A DNA stretch of 64,000 bases from Gammaproteobacteria bacterium (GTDB taxonomy: Bacteria; Pseudomonadota; Gammaproteobacteria; QZLD01), in contig JAWSVB010000010.1 in assembly GCA_033852135.1 (NCBI GenBank), forward strand, positions 152,716 through 216,715. Reading direction: 5' to 3'. Of the stretch, positions 27,549 to 38,287 are shown in pieces. How positions within the stretch are numbered: the stretch's first letter is position 1; each line of letters opens with the position of its first letter. Position numbers and translations under genes: made by a program. The notes beneath the pieces were generated by a model. It saw nothing but the letters and a program-made list of their open reading frames with translations. It did no database searches and was not told where the DNA came from.

Positions 27549-27696
27549 GGACGAGTTATTATAGAAAATGGTCAGTGGGGCTGGTGATTATCTTTCTGCA
27601 TCTTTATTCGATTAATAAGCTAAACTATTAGTAGTTTGTAATGCATCTATTTTTGGTCGGCAATTAAGTCAATGCGATTGTAAAGTTAAAACAATA

Positions 27697-27978
27697 ATGA
27701 AATTGAAGATTGTATTAGCGATTTTGATCGCCATTTTATTCCACCTGCAGTACCGAATCTGGATAGGTGACGGTAGCTATGAAGAGGTAAGACTCCTCAA
27801 ACAGCAGATTGAAATACAGGAAAGTGAGAATAAAAAACTGCGGGATAGAAATGAAGCTCTAGAAGCAGAAGTGGTTGACCTGAAGAAAGGTTTAGATGCA
27901 GTTGAAGAGAGGGCGCGCCAAGATTTAGGAATGGTGCGAGAGGGAGAAAAGTTTTATCAAGTGATTGATGAGGACTAG
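27697..27978 (+). CDS. ftsB: cell division protein FtsB
   Basis: 93 aa with a TM helix and a leucine-zipper coiled coil. It lies between eno and ispD. Confidence 0.85.
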   Translation: MKLKIVLAILIAILFHLQYRIWIGDGSYEEVRLLKQQIEIQESENKKLRDRNEALEAEVVDLKKGLDAVEERARQDLGMVREGEKFYQVIDED

Positions 27979-28683
27979 ATGAAACAGAAAAAAGCAAAGT
28001 TTTGGGCAGTTATTCCGGCAGCCGGAGTCGGCAAACGGATGGGTAGTGATGTACCAAAACAGTATCTTAAACTTGGTAATTCCACTGTTATTGAAAGAAC
28101 ACTAACAGTGCTATTAGATCATTATGGAATCGATGGTGCGGTAGTCGCACTAGGGAAAGATGATCCATACTGGCCAGGACTTGAATTTACACACCATAAA
28201 CCACTCTATACAGTTGATGGTGGAAAAGAACGCTATGATTCAGTGCTAAATGCATTAAAAAAACTATTAGAAGTTGGAGATGAAAATGATTGGGTGTTGG
28301 TGCACGATGCAGCACGTCCGAACCTATCTTCTGCAGATATAGCTAAATTAATTGAAGATGGTAGCAAATCCGATGACGGTGCATTATTAGGCTACCACGT
28401 AAGAGATACAATGAAACGTGCAGGCAACGATAACCGAGTTGAAATCACTGTAGATCGTGTAAAACTCTGGCATGCACTAACGCCACAGATGTTTCCTCTA
28501 CGTAAACTCTATGATGCAACTGTTAATGCAAGACAAAGTGGAGTAGCAATAACCGATGATGCATCAGCAATGGAACTTGCAGGTTACACCCCTCTCATGG
28601 TCGCTGGTGATGCGTCAAATATAAAGATAACCACCCAAAATGATTATGAGATAATCCAAAAGATAATGGGGTTGTGCAAATGA
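27979..28683 (+). CDS. ispD: 2-C-methyl-D-erythritol 4-phosphate cytidylyltransferase IspD
   Basis: 234 aa with the motif [13 protein letters not shown]. Confidence 0.92.
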   Translation: MKQKKAKFWAVIPAAGVGKRMGSDVPKQYLKLGNSTVIERTLTVLLDHYGIDGAVVALGKDDPYWPGLEFTHHKPLYTVDGGKERYDSVLNALKKLLEVGDENDWVLVHDAARPNLSSADIAKLIEDGSKSDDGALLGYHVRDTMKRAGNDNRVEITVDRVKLWHALTPQMFPLRKLYDATVNARQSGVAITDDASAMELAGYTPLMVAGDASNIKITTQNDYEIIQKIMGLCK

Positions 28684-29153
28684 GAATTGGTCAAGGATTC
28701 GATGTCCATAAGTTTTGCGATGGCGATCATGTGGTTCTTGGTGGGGTGAAAATTCCACATGAAAAAGGGTTAGAGGCACACTCTGACGGCGACGTATTGT
28801 TGCATGCAATATGCGATGCTTTATTAGGATCTTTAGCGTTAGGGGATATAGGTAAACATTTTCCAGATACATCTTCAGAGTTTGAAGATATCGATAGCAG
28901 GGTTTTATTACGACATGCTGGGCAGTTTATTATTGATAAAGGATATAAAGTTGGAAACATTGATTCCACTATTATTGCTCAAGCCCCGAAGATGCTTCCC
29001 TATATTGACCAGATGCGAGCTAATATAGCTAACGATTTAGAGATTAAGATTGATCAGGTTGGAGTAAAGGCGACAACTACAGAAAAGCTTGGGTTCACTG
29101 GGCGTAAAGAGGGGATAGCTTCAATGGCAGTGGTGTTGGTTGAAAAGAGTTGA
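28674..29153 (+). CDS. ispF: 2-C-methyl-D-erythritol 2,4-cyclodiphosphate synthase IspF
   Basis: 159 aa with the motifs [11 protein letters not shown] and SDGDVLLHA. Confidence 0.93.
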   Translation: MQMRIGQGFDVHKFCDGDHVVLGGVKIPHEKGLEAHSDGDVLLHAICDALLGSLALGDIGKHFPDTSSEFEDIDSRVLLRHAGQFIIDKGYKVGNIDSTIIAQAPKMLPYIDQMRANIANDLEIKIDQVGVKATTTEKLGFTGRKEGIASMAVVLVEKS

Positions 29154-29195
29154 TGTTGTTATATTAAAAATATGTATTAGTTAAATTTTGCTAAT

Positions 29196-29227
29196 AAAAA
29201 GGGTGCTTATTATGCACCCTCTTTATT
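29196..29227. terminator. bidirectional rho-independent terminator (ispF / phaR convergent)
   Basis: The hairpin aaaaagggtgc-ttattat-gcaccctcttta has A and T tracts on both sides. Confidence 0.7.
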
Positions 29228-29242
29228 AGGAATTGAGCTTAT

Positions 29243-29710
29243 TTATTCTTCAGGTTCTTCTTTCTCAGAACCGGGCTTAAACATCCCTGTAGGGTTCATT
29301 TTTTGCCACATTTTCAGGTTGCGCTCAGCGATCTGCGTCATAAATTGCATTGGGTTAGTATCGATTAAGCTGCGAGTTTGTTCCCTAAGAGCTTTTTGCT
29401 GTTCAGCAAAAAGATCCATGCTTTTCTCAAGATAGCTAGTTACCATGTTTTGCATGTTACCGCCATATGAGCGAATGATTTGAGAAAGTAATTCGCTACT
29501 AAAGATTGGCGATCCGCCATCTTCTTCTTCACTAATAATTTGTAGCAGAATTTGCCTGGTAAGGTCTTCTTTAGATTTAGCATCAATTACTTGAAAATGG
29601 ATGTCTTCTACGACAAGTTTTTTAACATCAGCAACGGTAATATAACTACTAATGGCTGTGTCATATAAACGACGATTGGGGTATTTTTTTATTAATCTAG
29701 GTTCACTCAT
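29243..29710 (-). CDS. phaR: polyhydroxyalkanoate synthesis repressor PhaR
   Basis: 155 aa. The N-terminus IKKYPNRRLYDT matches the PHB/PHA accumulation regulator DNA-binding domain consensus. Confidence 0.85.
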   Translation of the reverse strand: MSEPRLIKKYPNRRLYDTAISSYITVADVKKLVVEDIHFQVIDAKSKEDLTRQILLQIISEEEDGGSPIFSSELLSQIIRSYGGNMQNMVTSYLEKSMDLFAEQQKALREQTRSLIDTNPMQFMTQIAERNLKMWQKMNPTGMFKPGSEKEEPEE

Positions 29711-30067
29711 AAGTCCGACCGTTTTATGTATGATAATTCCAGAATTCTAATCGTGTTTACCAACTAATAATGTGAAGCAGGATGGCATATTTTCAATTAG
29801 ATATATTTATTATAGACGCCTTTACAGCGCTTTGACTTTATCTTTCCCGATAAGTCAAATTAGTAAGAATGAATCTAGGTTACTAATTAATAGCTACAAG
29901 TACAAGTCAAAAAGGTATTTGTATAGTTAATAACTGATAAATAATAATGTTACATATTTTGGCGAGTCCTTTTAGGATTTGTCTATAATTACATACTATA
30001 CTCATTTAAGAAGATATTAACTTCGATGGTAACCTATAACTTTATTGAAAATTAACAGTGAAAAAAT

Positions 30068-30898
30068 ATGTCGGCACCTTTAGAAATTGAAACTTTTCCA
30101 TCATTACCATACATAGCGCATGAGATTTTAAATATCATTAATGACTCTCTTGCTGATATTGATGATATTGCTGGAATGATTAGTAAAGAACCAAGTTTAA
30201 CTGCCAGAATAGTATCAACGGCAAACTCTGCATTTTATGCAGGTCAACGCCCAATACACTCTATCGATGATGCAATTGTCAGATTAGGGTTAAACAGAGT
30301 AAAGGTTCTTACATCATCAATACTTCTTGCTGATAGCTTTGATACCAAAAAGTGCCCTGAATTTAGATTGGATGAATACTGGTATATTGCTGTTCAAGTA
30401 TCTTTTTGTGCCAGCAAAATTGCCAAGCATCTTGGTAGCAAAGAAAGTGCTGATGCTGCATATCTTGCGGGCCTTCTACATAATATTGGACTGTTGTTAT
30501 TGGTGCATATATTTCCGGATGAGATGAGAAAGGTTTTTAACCTTAAAAATGAAAAACCAGGCAGTAACCTTTCAGAAATTGAAGTTACAGTTTTAGGCTG
30601 CGACCACCACCATTCAGGTAGGATGCTTCTATCAGAATGGCAGCTTCCAATTGAGTCGGTAACTGTTGCTGAATTTTACTCTGCGACGGATTACATAGGT
30701 GAATACTCGGAATTAGTTCAAGTTGTTGCTTTTAGTAGGGAATGGGCGATTTCAGGTTTTGATATTTCTTGTTTTGATAATGACGGTGGTCATGCTATTC
30801 TTGACCTGATCGAACCAAAGGTTCTGCAAAAGATAAGGACAGAATGCTTAGCAGAAGAGGAGCAGGTTCGATCATTTGCCCAGTTATTATCCAAGTAG
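30068..30898 (+). CDS. HDOD domain signalling protein
   Basis: 276 aa with HD-related motifs (AGLLHNIGLLLL) and the general HDOD domain pattern. Confidence 0.65.
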   Translation: MSAPLEIETFPSLPYIAHEILNIINDSLADIDDIAGMISKEPSLTARIVSTANSAFYAGQRPIHSIDDAIVRLGLNRVKVLTSSILLADSFDTKKCPEFRLDEYWYIAVQVSFCASKIAKHLGSKESADAAYLAGLLHNIGLLLLVHIFPDEMRKVFNLKNEKPGSNLSEIEVTVLGCDHHHSGRMLLSEWQLPIESVTVAEFYSATDYIGEYSELVQVVAFSREWAISGFDISCFDNDGGHAILDLIEPKVLQKIRTECLAEEEQVRSFAQLLSK

Positions 30899-31077
30899 GA
30901 TCTCTTGGTTAATTGAGTAAATTTATTAATAGTAATTTGGTAGGTATGTATTATCTTGCGCTGATGGATAAAGTCTGGATTTATTGATACTATCGTGTGT
31001 GAATTTTATAGCCTAAAAGGCCTTTATAACTAGCTTTTAGGAAACTGCGTGCAGATGGATGCGTTAGGAGAACGGTT

Positions 31078-31620
31078 ATGCAAAAAGATCTCTTGAAGAT
31101 GATCGAAAATTTTTCAAAAATGGGCACAGCAGCATTGGATACGTGCTCAAGATTTAATGAAATTACGGCAAAGAACCGTGAAAGATTAGTAAAACAACAA
31201 TTGGAAATGATGCAGATGACCACAGGTTCTTCTGCAGACCAGTTCCAAAGTATCAATGATATCACTGAAACAGTTTGTCGCTATGGTGAAAGACTTACCA
31301 AACAGCAGTTAGACATGTTGAAACTATCGATTGAAGATAGTGCTGAGTTCTTAAAAGAAACAGGTGATGTCAGCGATCTTAAAAGCGCTCTTGATGCTCA
31401 AAAAGGTTTTGCAGAAGAGATTGGCTCACTTGTAATGAATAATGCTCAAAGTGGTATTGATCTAGCAATGGAGACGCAAAAAGAGATAAAAGATAAGATG
31501 AAAGGTTTTACCCGTAAAGGTAAAGGCAAGCAATACAATGCTAAAGTACGTACAAAGAAATCTAGAAAGATTTCAGGTTCTTTAGCAGATAGAGCAAAAC
31601 AGCCAGAAGATAAAAAATAA
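31078..31620 (+). CDS. phasin family protein (PHA granule-associated)
   Basis: 180 aa amphipathic helical protein with phasin-like N-terminal repeats. It lies next to phaR. Confidence 0.6.
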   Translation: MQKDLLKMIENFSKMGTAALDTCSRFNEITAKNRERLVKQQLEMMQMTTGSSADQFQSINDITETVCRYGERLTKQQLDMLKLSIEDSAEFLKETGDVSDLKSALDAQKGFAEEIGSLVMNNAQSGIDLAMETQKEIKDKMKGFTRKGKGKQYNAKVRTKKSRKISGSLADRAKQPEDKK

Positions 31621-31647
31621 AAATTAAGCTTTTGCTGCAAAATTTAA

Positions 31648-31673
31648 TAAAGGCCCGTAAGGGCCTTTATTAT
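31648..31673 (+). terminator. rho-independent terminator after phasin gene
   Basis: The hairpin aaaggcccgtaagggccttt is followed by a T-tract. Confidence 0.7.
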
Positions 31674-31820
31674 TGGATATACAAAGGAAAAGATCGCTAA
31701 TTTCCTGTATTTGTTAATAATCATTGTGTAAAATCTATCCCCTAATTTTATATTATGGATAACTGTTATGCATTTAACAGTGTTCTATACAAACTATCTA
31801 TGCGAACTATAAGGTAAATT

Positions 31821-32243
31821 ATGAATATTACAGCAGGTAAAAAGGTATCTATTGAATACACACTTACACTTGAAGACGGCGAAGTAATTGATACAAATGT
31901 AGGGGCCGATCCTCTTGCTTTTGAATGTGGTGCTGGTCAAATTATACCTGGGCTTGAAACTGAGCTTGAAGGCTTAGCTGCTGGTGATAGTAAAGCAGTA
32001 AAAGTTGCTCCAGAAGACGCATATGGTGAGTTTATTGATGATGCTGTTGTAGATGTTGCAAAAGAGCATATCCCTGCTGAAGGCCTTGAAGTTGGTGCAA
32101 ATATTCAAAGCGAAGGGCAAGATGGACAAGTATTTAATGGCGTAGTTCAAGAGATTCAAGATGAGAAAGTTATTATTGACTTTAACCATCCGTTAGCAGG
32201 AAAAACTTTAAACTTTGATGTAAAAGTTCTTGAAGTTGAATAA
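31821..32243 (+). CDS. FKBP-type peptidyl-prolyl cis-trans isomerase (SlpA/FkpB-like)
   Basis: 140 aa FKBP fold with an insert-in-flap pattern (GKKVSIEYTLTLEDGEVIDT...). Confidence 0.8.
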   Translation: MNITAGKKVSIEYTLTLEDGEVIDTNVGADPLAFECGAGQIIPGLETELEGLAAGDSKAVKVAPEDAYGEFIDDAVVDVAKEHIPAEGLEVGANIQSEGQDGQVFNGVVQEIQDEKVIIDFNHPLAGKTLNFDVKVLEVE

Positions 32244-32263
32244 TTGGTTTTATTAACCAATTT

Positions 32264-32291
32264 AAAAGCGCCGCAATTGCGGCGTTTTTTT
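32264..32291 (+). terminator. rho-independent terminator
   Basis: The hairpin gcgccgc-aatt-gcggcgt is followed by a 7-nt T-tract. Confidence 0.8.
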
Positions 32292-32349
32292 ATAATAAAA
32301 TTTAAGCTGCTGCTTTAGTTTTATTAAGTAGAGTTTAGGAGAGGTTGAA

Positions 32350-32760
32350 ATGAGAATACTAACGTTAGTTGTCATCGCTTTATTATTTTCAGGTTGCAGT
32401 AATAAGCCTAGTGAATCTGAGATAGAACAACAGCTTTACAACGCTTTTATAGAAACAGCAGACTCGCAGCTATTTCAATTTATAAATTTTGAAAAGATAA
32501 ATGGGTTTCAGCAGGATGATGGCAAAGTATATATTGCAGAAATCAGATATGAGCTGGCATTTAAAAAAGGTATAGAAGAGCTTGAAGATGATCTAAAGAA
32601 CCAATTTCAAAAAGACATAGTTGGCTCAATTGGCTCCGGTTTAAATGTAATGGCTTTAAAAATAAAATATGGTGATTTCAAATCTGGCGATTCAATCACC
32701 TACGAAGATAAAAAAACATTTATAAAAACAGAAAATGGATGGCTTTTACAAGAGAAATAG
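32350..32760 (+). CDS. putative lipoprotein
   Basis: Signal peptide plus lipobox LLFSGCSN. 136 aa. Confidence 0.6.
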   Translation: MRILTLVVIALLFSGCSNKPSESEIEQQLYNAFIETADSQLFQFINFEKINGFQQDDGKVYIAEIRYELAFKKGIEELEDDLKNQFQKDIVGSIGSGLNVMALKIKYGDFKSGDSITYEDKKTFIKTENGWLLQEK

Positions 32761-32928
32761 TGGCGCACCTCTTTTAATTGAAGCTGTAATTTTCACAAGA
32801 AAATAAAGAGATGCAGAGTCATAAAAGTGAGATTTTATTTTATCTTTGTTAAAATGCGACCAGTTAGGATCTGGAGATATATCCAGAAATAAAAATATAA
32901 CAACATAATAATTATAAGGATTATCGCT

Positions 32929-34869
32929 GTGTCTACTTCATCAGCAACAATAACTAAAATTCTAAGTTTAAAGCATATCGCTATTATTTTGGCAGCACTA
33001 TCAATCTTAGTGGCTTCAGGGTCGCTACTTCTAGGGTTTGATCTGGATGATTTTATACAGCGTGTGTATATACAGGGTTCGGAACCTCTTAAGGAAAGAG
33101 GTTTAGAGCAAGCTAAAGGCGATACAACTTTCATAGATGCAGCTCAGCATTACTTTACTTTTTTCAACCCTAAAATTGAAAACCATATACGCTCAATGAA
33201 AGAGTTTGGCAATGTTCCTTGGTGGTTTTGTGATAGTGCTCAGTTATCTTTCTTCCGACCACTAACTTCTGCAACCCATTGGTTAGACTTTAAGATTTTT
33301 GCAGATAAACCATGGCTAATGCATCTGCATAATTTGCTATGGGCTGCAGCATTAATATTTGTAATAACATTGGTTTATAAAAGATTTTTTTCAACAACTG
33401 CAACGTGGCTTGCAGGGTTTGCAGGGTTTCTTTATATGATAGATTTCAGTCGTTTACGACCAGCGACTTGGATAGCAAATAGAAACGCATTAATGGCAAC
33501 GTTTTTTGGGTTTTTAGTCCTATTGATGCACGATAAGTGGCGTAAGAATGAAGGCAGTATATACGGTGTATTGGCACCAGTATTTTTAGCACTAGCGGTA
33601 TTATCTGCTGAAGCTGGCATTGGAATCGTGGCTTTTATTGTTGCATATGCTCTATTTTTAGATTCAGGGAATATTTTAAGCCGGGCCAGAAGTATGGTTC
33701 CTGCATTTATTGTTGTAATTGTTTGGCGTGGTTTTTATAGCCTTCTAGGGTATGGCGCGGCACAGACAAGAATGTACATTGACCCAGTAAGGGACCCAGT
33801 GGAGTTTATCTTCGCTTTTATTGAACGTGCCCCCCAGCTTATAGCAGGACATTTTATTGGGTTTGATGATTTCACTATGAGCTTATCACTTTCTGCAACA
33901 ACGGCGGTGGTAGCAATTTGTATAGCAATTGTTATGTTCTTGATATTGCAATTTTGGCCTTTATTGCGCCATGATAAGCTAGCTAGGTTTTGGGCTGCCA
34001 GTATGTTATTTGCGGTAGTTCCGGTTTGCGCTTATGGAGTTCCACAAGGAAGGCTGCTTAGTTTTGCTGCAGTTGCAGGTTATGGTTTGGTGGCTCAGTT
34101 TATGCTGCTTAGCTTCGGGAAAGATGGCTCAAATTACAGCTCGATTAATTGTTCACGCTCACTGAGAAAAATAGTTGCAGTATTCTTTGTATTCTCCTTA
34201 GTTATTTTCCAGTTAATTCAGTGGGGAGCTGCAAATACATATGTGATTGCAGCAGCAAGCTCCGGATCAGTTCAACCTGAGAAAAAATGGCTAAATATTG
34301 GTACAGAGGCAGAGATAGAGCAAAAAACAGTGATGGTGATAAATGCACCTGATGCATTTTCATTTGTTTATCTACCTTTTGTAAGGGATTATTTTGAGAT
34401 ACCGTTACCTGAGAGGTTGCGAGTTTTATCCAGTAGTGTTTCCCCAATAACAATTACAAGGGTTGATGATTATAGTTTGCGTATTAGGCCAGATGCCGGA
34501 TTTTTGCCCGATACAACAAAACCATTGCCAGGTACACCAAAAGATCTTCCAGCTAGGCACTTTGGTCATATAATGCATAAGGTTAGTCAGGGGTATCGTG
34601 ATGAAAGAAATCCAATGAAAATTGGAGAGAAAGTTGTTTTATCAAATATGATTGTAGAGATAACTGAAATAACAGATTTGGGGTTGCCGGCAGAGGCGAT
34701 ATTCACATTTAATAAAAAACTTGAAGATGATTCATTTAAATGGATCTATTGGAACTGGGATAATGATACCGGAAACCCAAAAGCTGCAATAACAGATTAT
34801 TTCCGTTACAAGGAGTTTAAACTTCCAGCAGCAGGCGATTCTATTAGGTTGTCAGGCCCTTTTAGCTAA
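32929..34869 (+). CDS. large polytopic membrane protein of unknown function
   Basis: 646 aa. The N-terminal two-thirds has multiple TM helices and the C-terminal third is soluble. I see no catalytic motifs. Confidence 0.55.
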   Translation: MSTSSATITKILSLKHIAIILAALSILVASGSLLLGFDLDDFIQRVYIQGSEPLKERGLEQAKGDTTFIDAAQHYFTFFNPKIENHIRSMKEFGNVPWWFCDSAQLSFFRPLTSATHWLDFKIFADKPWLMHLHNLLWAAALIFVITLVYKRFFSTTATWLAGFAGFLYMIDFSRLRPATWIANRNALMATFFGFLVLLMHDKWRKNEGSIYGVLAPVFLALAVLSAEAGIGIVAFIVAYALFLDSGNILSRARSMVPAFIVVIVWRGFYSLLGYGAAQTRMYIDPVRDPVEFIFAFIERAPQLIAGHFIGFDDFTMSLSLSATTAVVAICIAIVMFLILQFWPLLRHDKLARFWAASMLFAVVPVCAYGVPQGRLLSFAAVAGYGLVAQFMLLSFGKDGSNYSSINCSRSLRKIVAVFFVFSLVIFQLIQWGAANTYVIAAASSGSVQPEKKWLNIGTEAEIEQKTVMVINAPDAFSFVYLPFVRDYFEIPLPERLRVLSSSVSPITITRVDDYSLRIRPDAGFLPDTTKPLPGTPKDLPARHFGHIMHKVSQGYRDERNPMKIGEKVVLSNMIVEITEITDLGLPAEAIFTFNKKLEDDSFKWIYWNWDNDTGNPKAAITDYFRYKEFKLPAAGDSIRLSGPFS

Positions 34870-34893
34870 CTATATTTTTTTATGATTAAATTT

Positions 34894-34918
34894 AAAGCCC
34901 GTACCCACGGGCTTTTTT
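34894..34918 (+). terminator. rho-independent terminator
   Basis: The hairpin aaagcccgt-accc-acgggcttttttg. Confidence 0.75.
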
Positions 34919-35046
34919 GTACATGCTATAAAAGTTTTTTAATTATTTGATGTCACCTTGTTTTAAGTGAGCGAAGATTTTTTAATAATCATAAGCTAAA
35001 ATTATTATTAGACTTAATAATAAGAAAAAGACGGATTGAATAACTT

Positions 35047-38000
35047 GTGAACTTGGTTGCTCTCAAAAAAAGGTGGTGGACTTACATCGTGTTGTGGGCG
35101 CTGTTTATTGCAGTAATTTTATCAGTTGGACAATATATAAGTCAGATAATAAAGGTTCAAAATTTCACCTTAGAGCAGGAAACTAAATTAAATAAAACTG
35201 TATCTGGTATTGATAGCAAAATTACATTGGTGCTAGATGCTTTGCGCTCTTTAGTGAAAGACAATATGGTGTTATCTACTGTAAAGAGTAAAGACTATCT
35301 AACTGAACAATCCTCCATAAGTACTTCTACCTTTGAAACCATTAAAAATTCCTTGGGTGCATCAATTGTTTATGTGATGGATAGTAGTGGGGTCGTTATC
35401 GGTAGTTCAACGTTTGATGGACAAAATACTTTATATGGTAAGAGCTTTGCGTTTCGTCCGTATTTTAAACAAGCAATAGATGGCAATCCATATGTGTATT
35501 TGGCTCTAGGGTCTGTTACAAAAAAACGTGGTGTTTATGTTAGCCATCCAATCTATCTCTCAGATAAAAGTAAAAAGCCAATAGGTGTAGTAGTAATAAA
35601 ATTATCGGTAGATGATATTGATAAGCAAATATCGCAAATTGGCTCTGGATCTTTAGCTTTATTAGTTTCTGAAAACGGGGTGATATTTTCATCCAGCAAT
35701 CAAGATGATTTATTTAAGAGTATCAATAAAGTTGCGGTTAATTCGCTTTTGTCTGTTGAGGATGAGCAGCAGTTTGGTAGAAAAGATCCAGAATTTTTAA
35801 ATCAAAATGGAAATATAGTGTGTGATGAAACCCCTTTGGTTTTTTCGGGGGTAAAGAATGCCGAAAATTGGAATATTACTGTTTGTAGTAATAAAACTGA
35901 TGTGGAGCTTACAACAGTACAGCAAGGTTTGTTCAATTTAACCTTTATTTGCTTAGTTTTATTTATCACATCATTTCTTGTTGGAATCTACCATGTAAAT
36001 ACTTCAAACAAAGATAAGATGTATAAAATCAGGCATAAAATTCTGATACCTTTGTCGGTAACAATGTTTTTAATTCTGGCGTTTCATTTTGTTTTTGATT
36101 TGAGTTTTGCTGAAGATCAATTTGAAGAACATTTGATTGAAATTTTCTTTTTTATGGTTGTAGGTATATTGCTGATAGTGTTTTTTTGGATAATCTTAGG
36201 AAAAATCGAGAAAAAATTATTTAGGATTAACAACCAGCTTCATAAAGAGATTGAGCAAAGACAAAAAGCAGAAATTGATATTAATGAGTCTTATAAAAGA
36301 CTAAGGCTGTATATAGAGCGTTCACCATTAATACACACTGAGCTTGATCTTGATTTATTGATTGTTGATTGGAATCAAGCTGCTGAAAAAATATTTGGTT
36401 ATTATAAAGATGAGGTGATAGGTAAAAACTTTTTCTCTTTATTAAGTAAGGAGAACTCAACTGTTAATCCTCAAGAGTTAATCGACCAAATTGTCGGAGG
36501 TATTGATGGTGAGCTTGATTACTTTACATTTGTGAATAAACAAGGCGGTGATGTCATTTGCCGGTTGAACTATGTGCCGATTATGGGTGAGCACGGTGTT
36601 AGCAATATTATTATTGTTGGAGAAGATCTAACTTTTCAGCATAAAATTGAATCAGCATTAAGGGATAGTGAGGGAAAATACAGAAGAATAATTGAAAATG
36701 CAGGGTCAGCTATTTTATGCGTAAATAAAGAAGAGAAAATTGTTCTTGCTAATAATACTGCTGGAGAGTTTTTTGATTTAAGCCATGAAATGCTTCTAAA
36801 TAAAACCATTCAAGAGGTGATGCCCAGTGAAGGATATGAAACTCTTTCTACGCAGTTAACAACAGCGGTACAGAGTGGAGAGGGGGCTAAGTTTGAAGGA
36901 GTTATAACTCTTCCGGTTGGGCAGCGATGGGTTGTATTAAATATACAACCAATGTATGCAGAAGATAAAAATATTAATGGTGCACAAATTATTGCTCATG
37001 ATGTTAGTTATATCCACGAGGTTGAGGAGGAGATCAGAAGTAGTGAGCAAACAATGTTCAATATTTTTGAAAATATGGAAGATTGTTTTTTCCGCATAGA
37101 TATAGGTGGAAAAATAAAAACTGTTTCTCAGGGGGCAGTTGGCCTGCTAGGTTTGAATGATATCGAAGATATCTTGGGAAAAGATATTAAAGAGTTGTTT
37201 GTGAATAAGTCTGAAGAGGAAGCTTTTTTTAATAAAATTGATGTTGAAAATAAAGTTACTGACCAAGAAGTGCAGTTAAAAAAGAAAAATAATGAAGTGG
37301 TAACTACCAGTATAAATGCTCTTTATCTATATGATGGAGATGGAACTGTTGTTGGGATCGAAGGGATTATTAGAGATATTTCTGTCAGGAAGGGAGCTGA
37401 AGATCAGCTGATAAAATATCGGGATCATCTTGAGGAGATGGTGCAAGATCAAATAAAAGATTTAGTTGTTGCGCGTGAGAAAGCAGAGCAGGCAAGCAAA
37501 TCAAAATCAGAGTTTCTTGCAAATATTTCTCATGAGATAAGAACGCCACTTCACGGTATCTTAAGTTTCGCAGACTTAGGGATGATGAAGATTGATAGTA
37601 CTGAAAAAGATAAGCTATTAGAGTATTTCACTTTAATAGGACAGAGCGGTAAACGCCTTTTGGCTCTGTTAAATGATGTTCTTGATTTTGCCAAAATGGA
37701 ATCAGGAAAGATGGAGTATCACTTTGCTACTGGTTGCCTTTATCAGGCGGTTCAAATTGTTTGCATGGAATTTTCAAGTTTTGCTAAAGATAAATCTGTG
37801 GATATAACTGTTGAGAAGCCAAGTATTATGACCACGGCAAGCTTTGATCTAAACAGAATAATGCAGGTGATGACTAACTTAGTTTCCAATGCGATAAAAT
37901 TTAGTCATGATGGCGATAAAATCACAATATCCTTTGAAGAATCAACTTTAGATAGGGATGGTGAAGCTTCTCCTGCTATTAAGATGAGTATTTGTGATCA

Positions 38001-38217
38001 AGGTGTTGGAATACCTGAAGATGAATTAGAGAATATATTTGATAAGTTTACTCAAAGCCAGAGAACTAGTAAAAGTGTTGTTAAGGGGACAGGATTAGGT
38101 TTAGCTGTTTCAAGAGAGATTATAAAGGCACATAATGGGGTAATAACTGCAGAAAACATTGAACCTTCAGGGGCAAAAATGTCAATTGTATTACCACTGT
38201 TTGCAGATGCTGAATAA
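35047..38217 (+). CDS. sensor histidine kinase: periplasmic Cache-like domain, TM, three PAS/PAC, HisKA, HATPase_c
   Basis: 1056 aa with an N-terminal TM helix and a second TM helix near aa 300-320. PAS cores are visible (for example IVDWNQAAEKIFGY). The H-box is FLANISHEIRTPLHGI. N, G1 and G2 boxes (NLVSNAIKFS, DQGVGIP, GTGLGLAV) are present. No receiver domain. Confidence 0.85.
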   Translation: MNLVALKKRWWTYIVLWALFIAVILSVGQYISQIIKVQNFTLEQETKLNKTVSGIDSKITLVLDALRSLVKDNMVLSTVKSKDYLTEQSSISTSTFETIKNSLGASIVYVMDSSGVVIGSSTFDGQNTLYGKSFAFRPYFKQAIDGNPYVYLALGSVTKKRGVYVSHPIYLSDKSKKPIGVVVIKLSVDDIDKQISQIGSGSLALLVSENGVIFSSSNQDDLFKSINKVAVNSLLSVEDEQQFGRKDPEFLNQNGNIVCDETPLVFSGVKNAENWNITVCSNKTDVELTTVQQGLFNLTFICLVLFITSFLVGIYHVNTSNKDKMYKIRHKILIPLSVTMFLILAFHFVFDLSFAEDQFEEHLIEIFFFMVVGILLIVFFWIILGKIEKKLFRINNQLHKEIEQRQKAEIDINESYKRLRLYIERSPLIHTELDLDLLIVDWNQAAEKIFGYYKDEVIGKNFFSLLSKENSTVNPQELIDQIVGGIDGELDYFTFVNKQGGDVICRLNYVPIMGEHGVSNIIIVGEDLTFQHKIESALRDSEGKYRRIIENAGSAILCVNKEEKIVLANNTAGEFFDLSHEMLLNKTIQEVMPSEGYETLSTQLTTAVQSGEGAKFEGVITLPVGQRWVVLNIQPMYAEDKNINGAQIIAHDVSYIHEVEEEIRSSEQTMFNIFENMEDCFFRIDIGGKIKTVSQGAVGLLGLNDIEDILGKDIKELFVNKSEEEAFFNKIDVENKVTDQEVQLKKKNNEVVTTSINALYLYDGDGTVVGIEGIIRDISVRKGAEDQLIKYRDHLEEMVQDQIKDLVVAREKAEQASKSKSEFLANISHEIRTPLHGILSFADLGMMKIDSTEKDKLLEYFTLIGQSGKRLLALLNDVLDFAKMESGKMEYHFATGCLYQAVQIVCMEFSSFAKDKSVDITVEKPSIMTTASFDLNRIMQVMTNLVSNAIKFSHDGDKITISFEESTLDRDGEASPAIKMSICDQGVGIPEDELENIFDKFTQSQRTSKSVVKGTGLGLAVSREIIKAHNGVITAENIEPSGAKMSIVLPLFADAE

Positions 38218-38287
38218 TGCAAAATTTGGAAATATAAGAATAAAGTTTTATGAAAATGCATGGTGGAATTTTTACTAGAGGTGAAAA

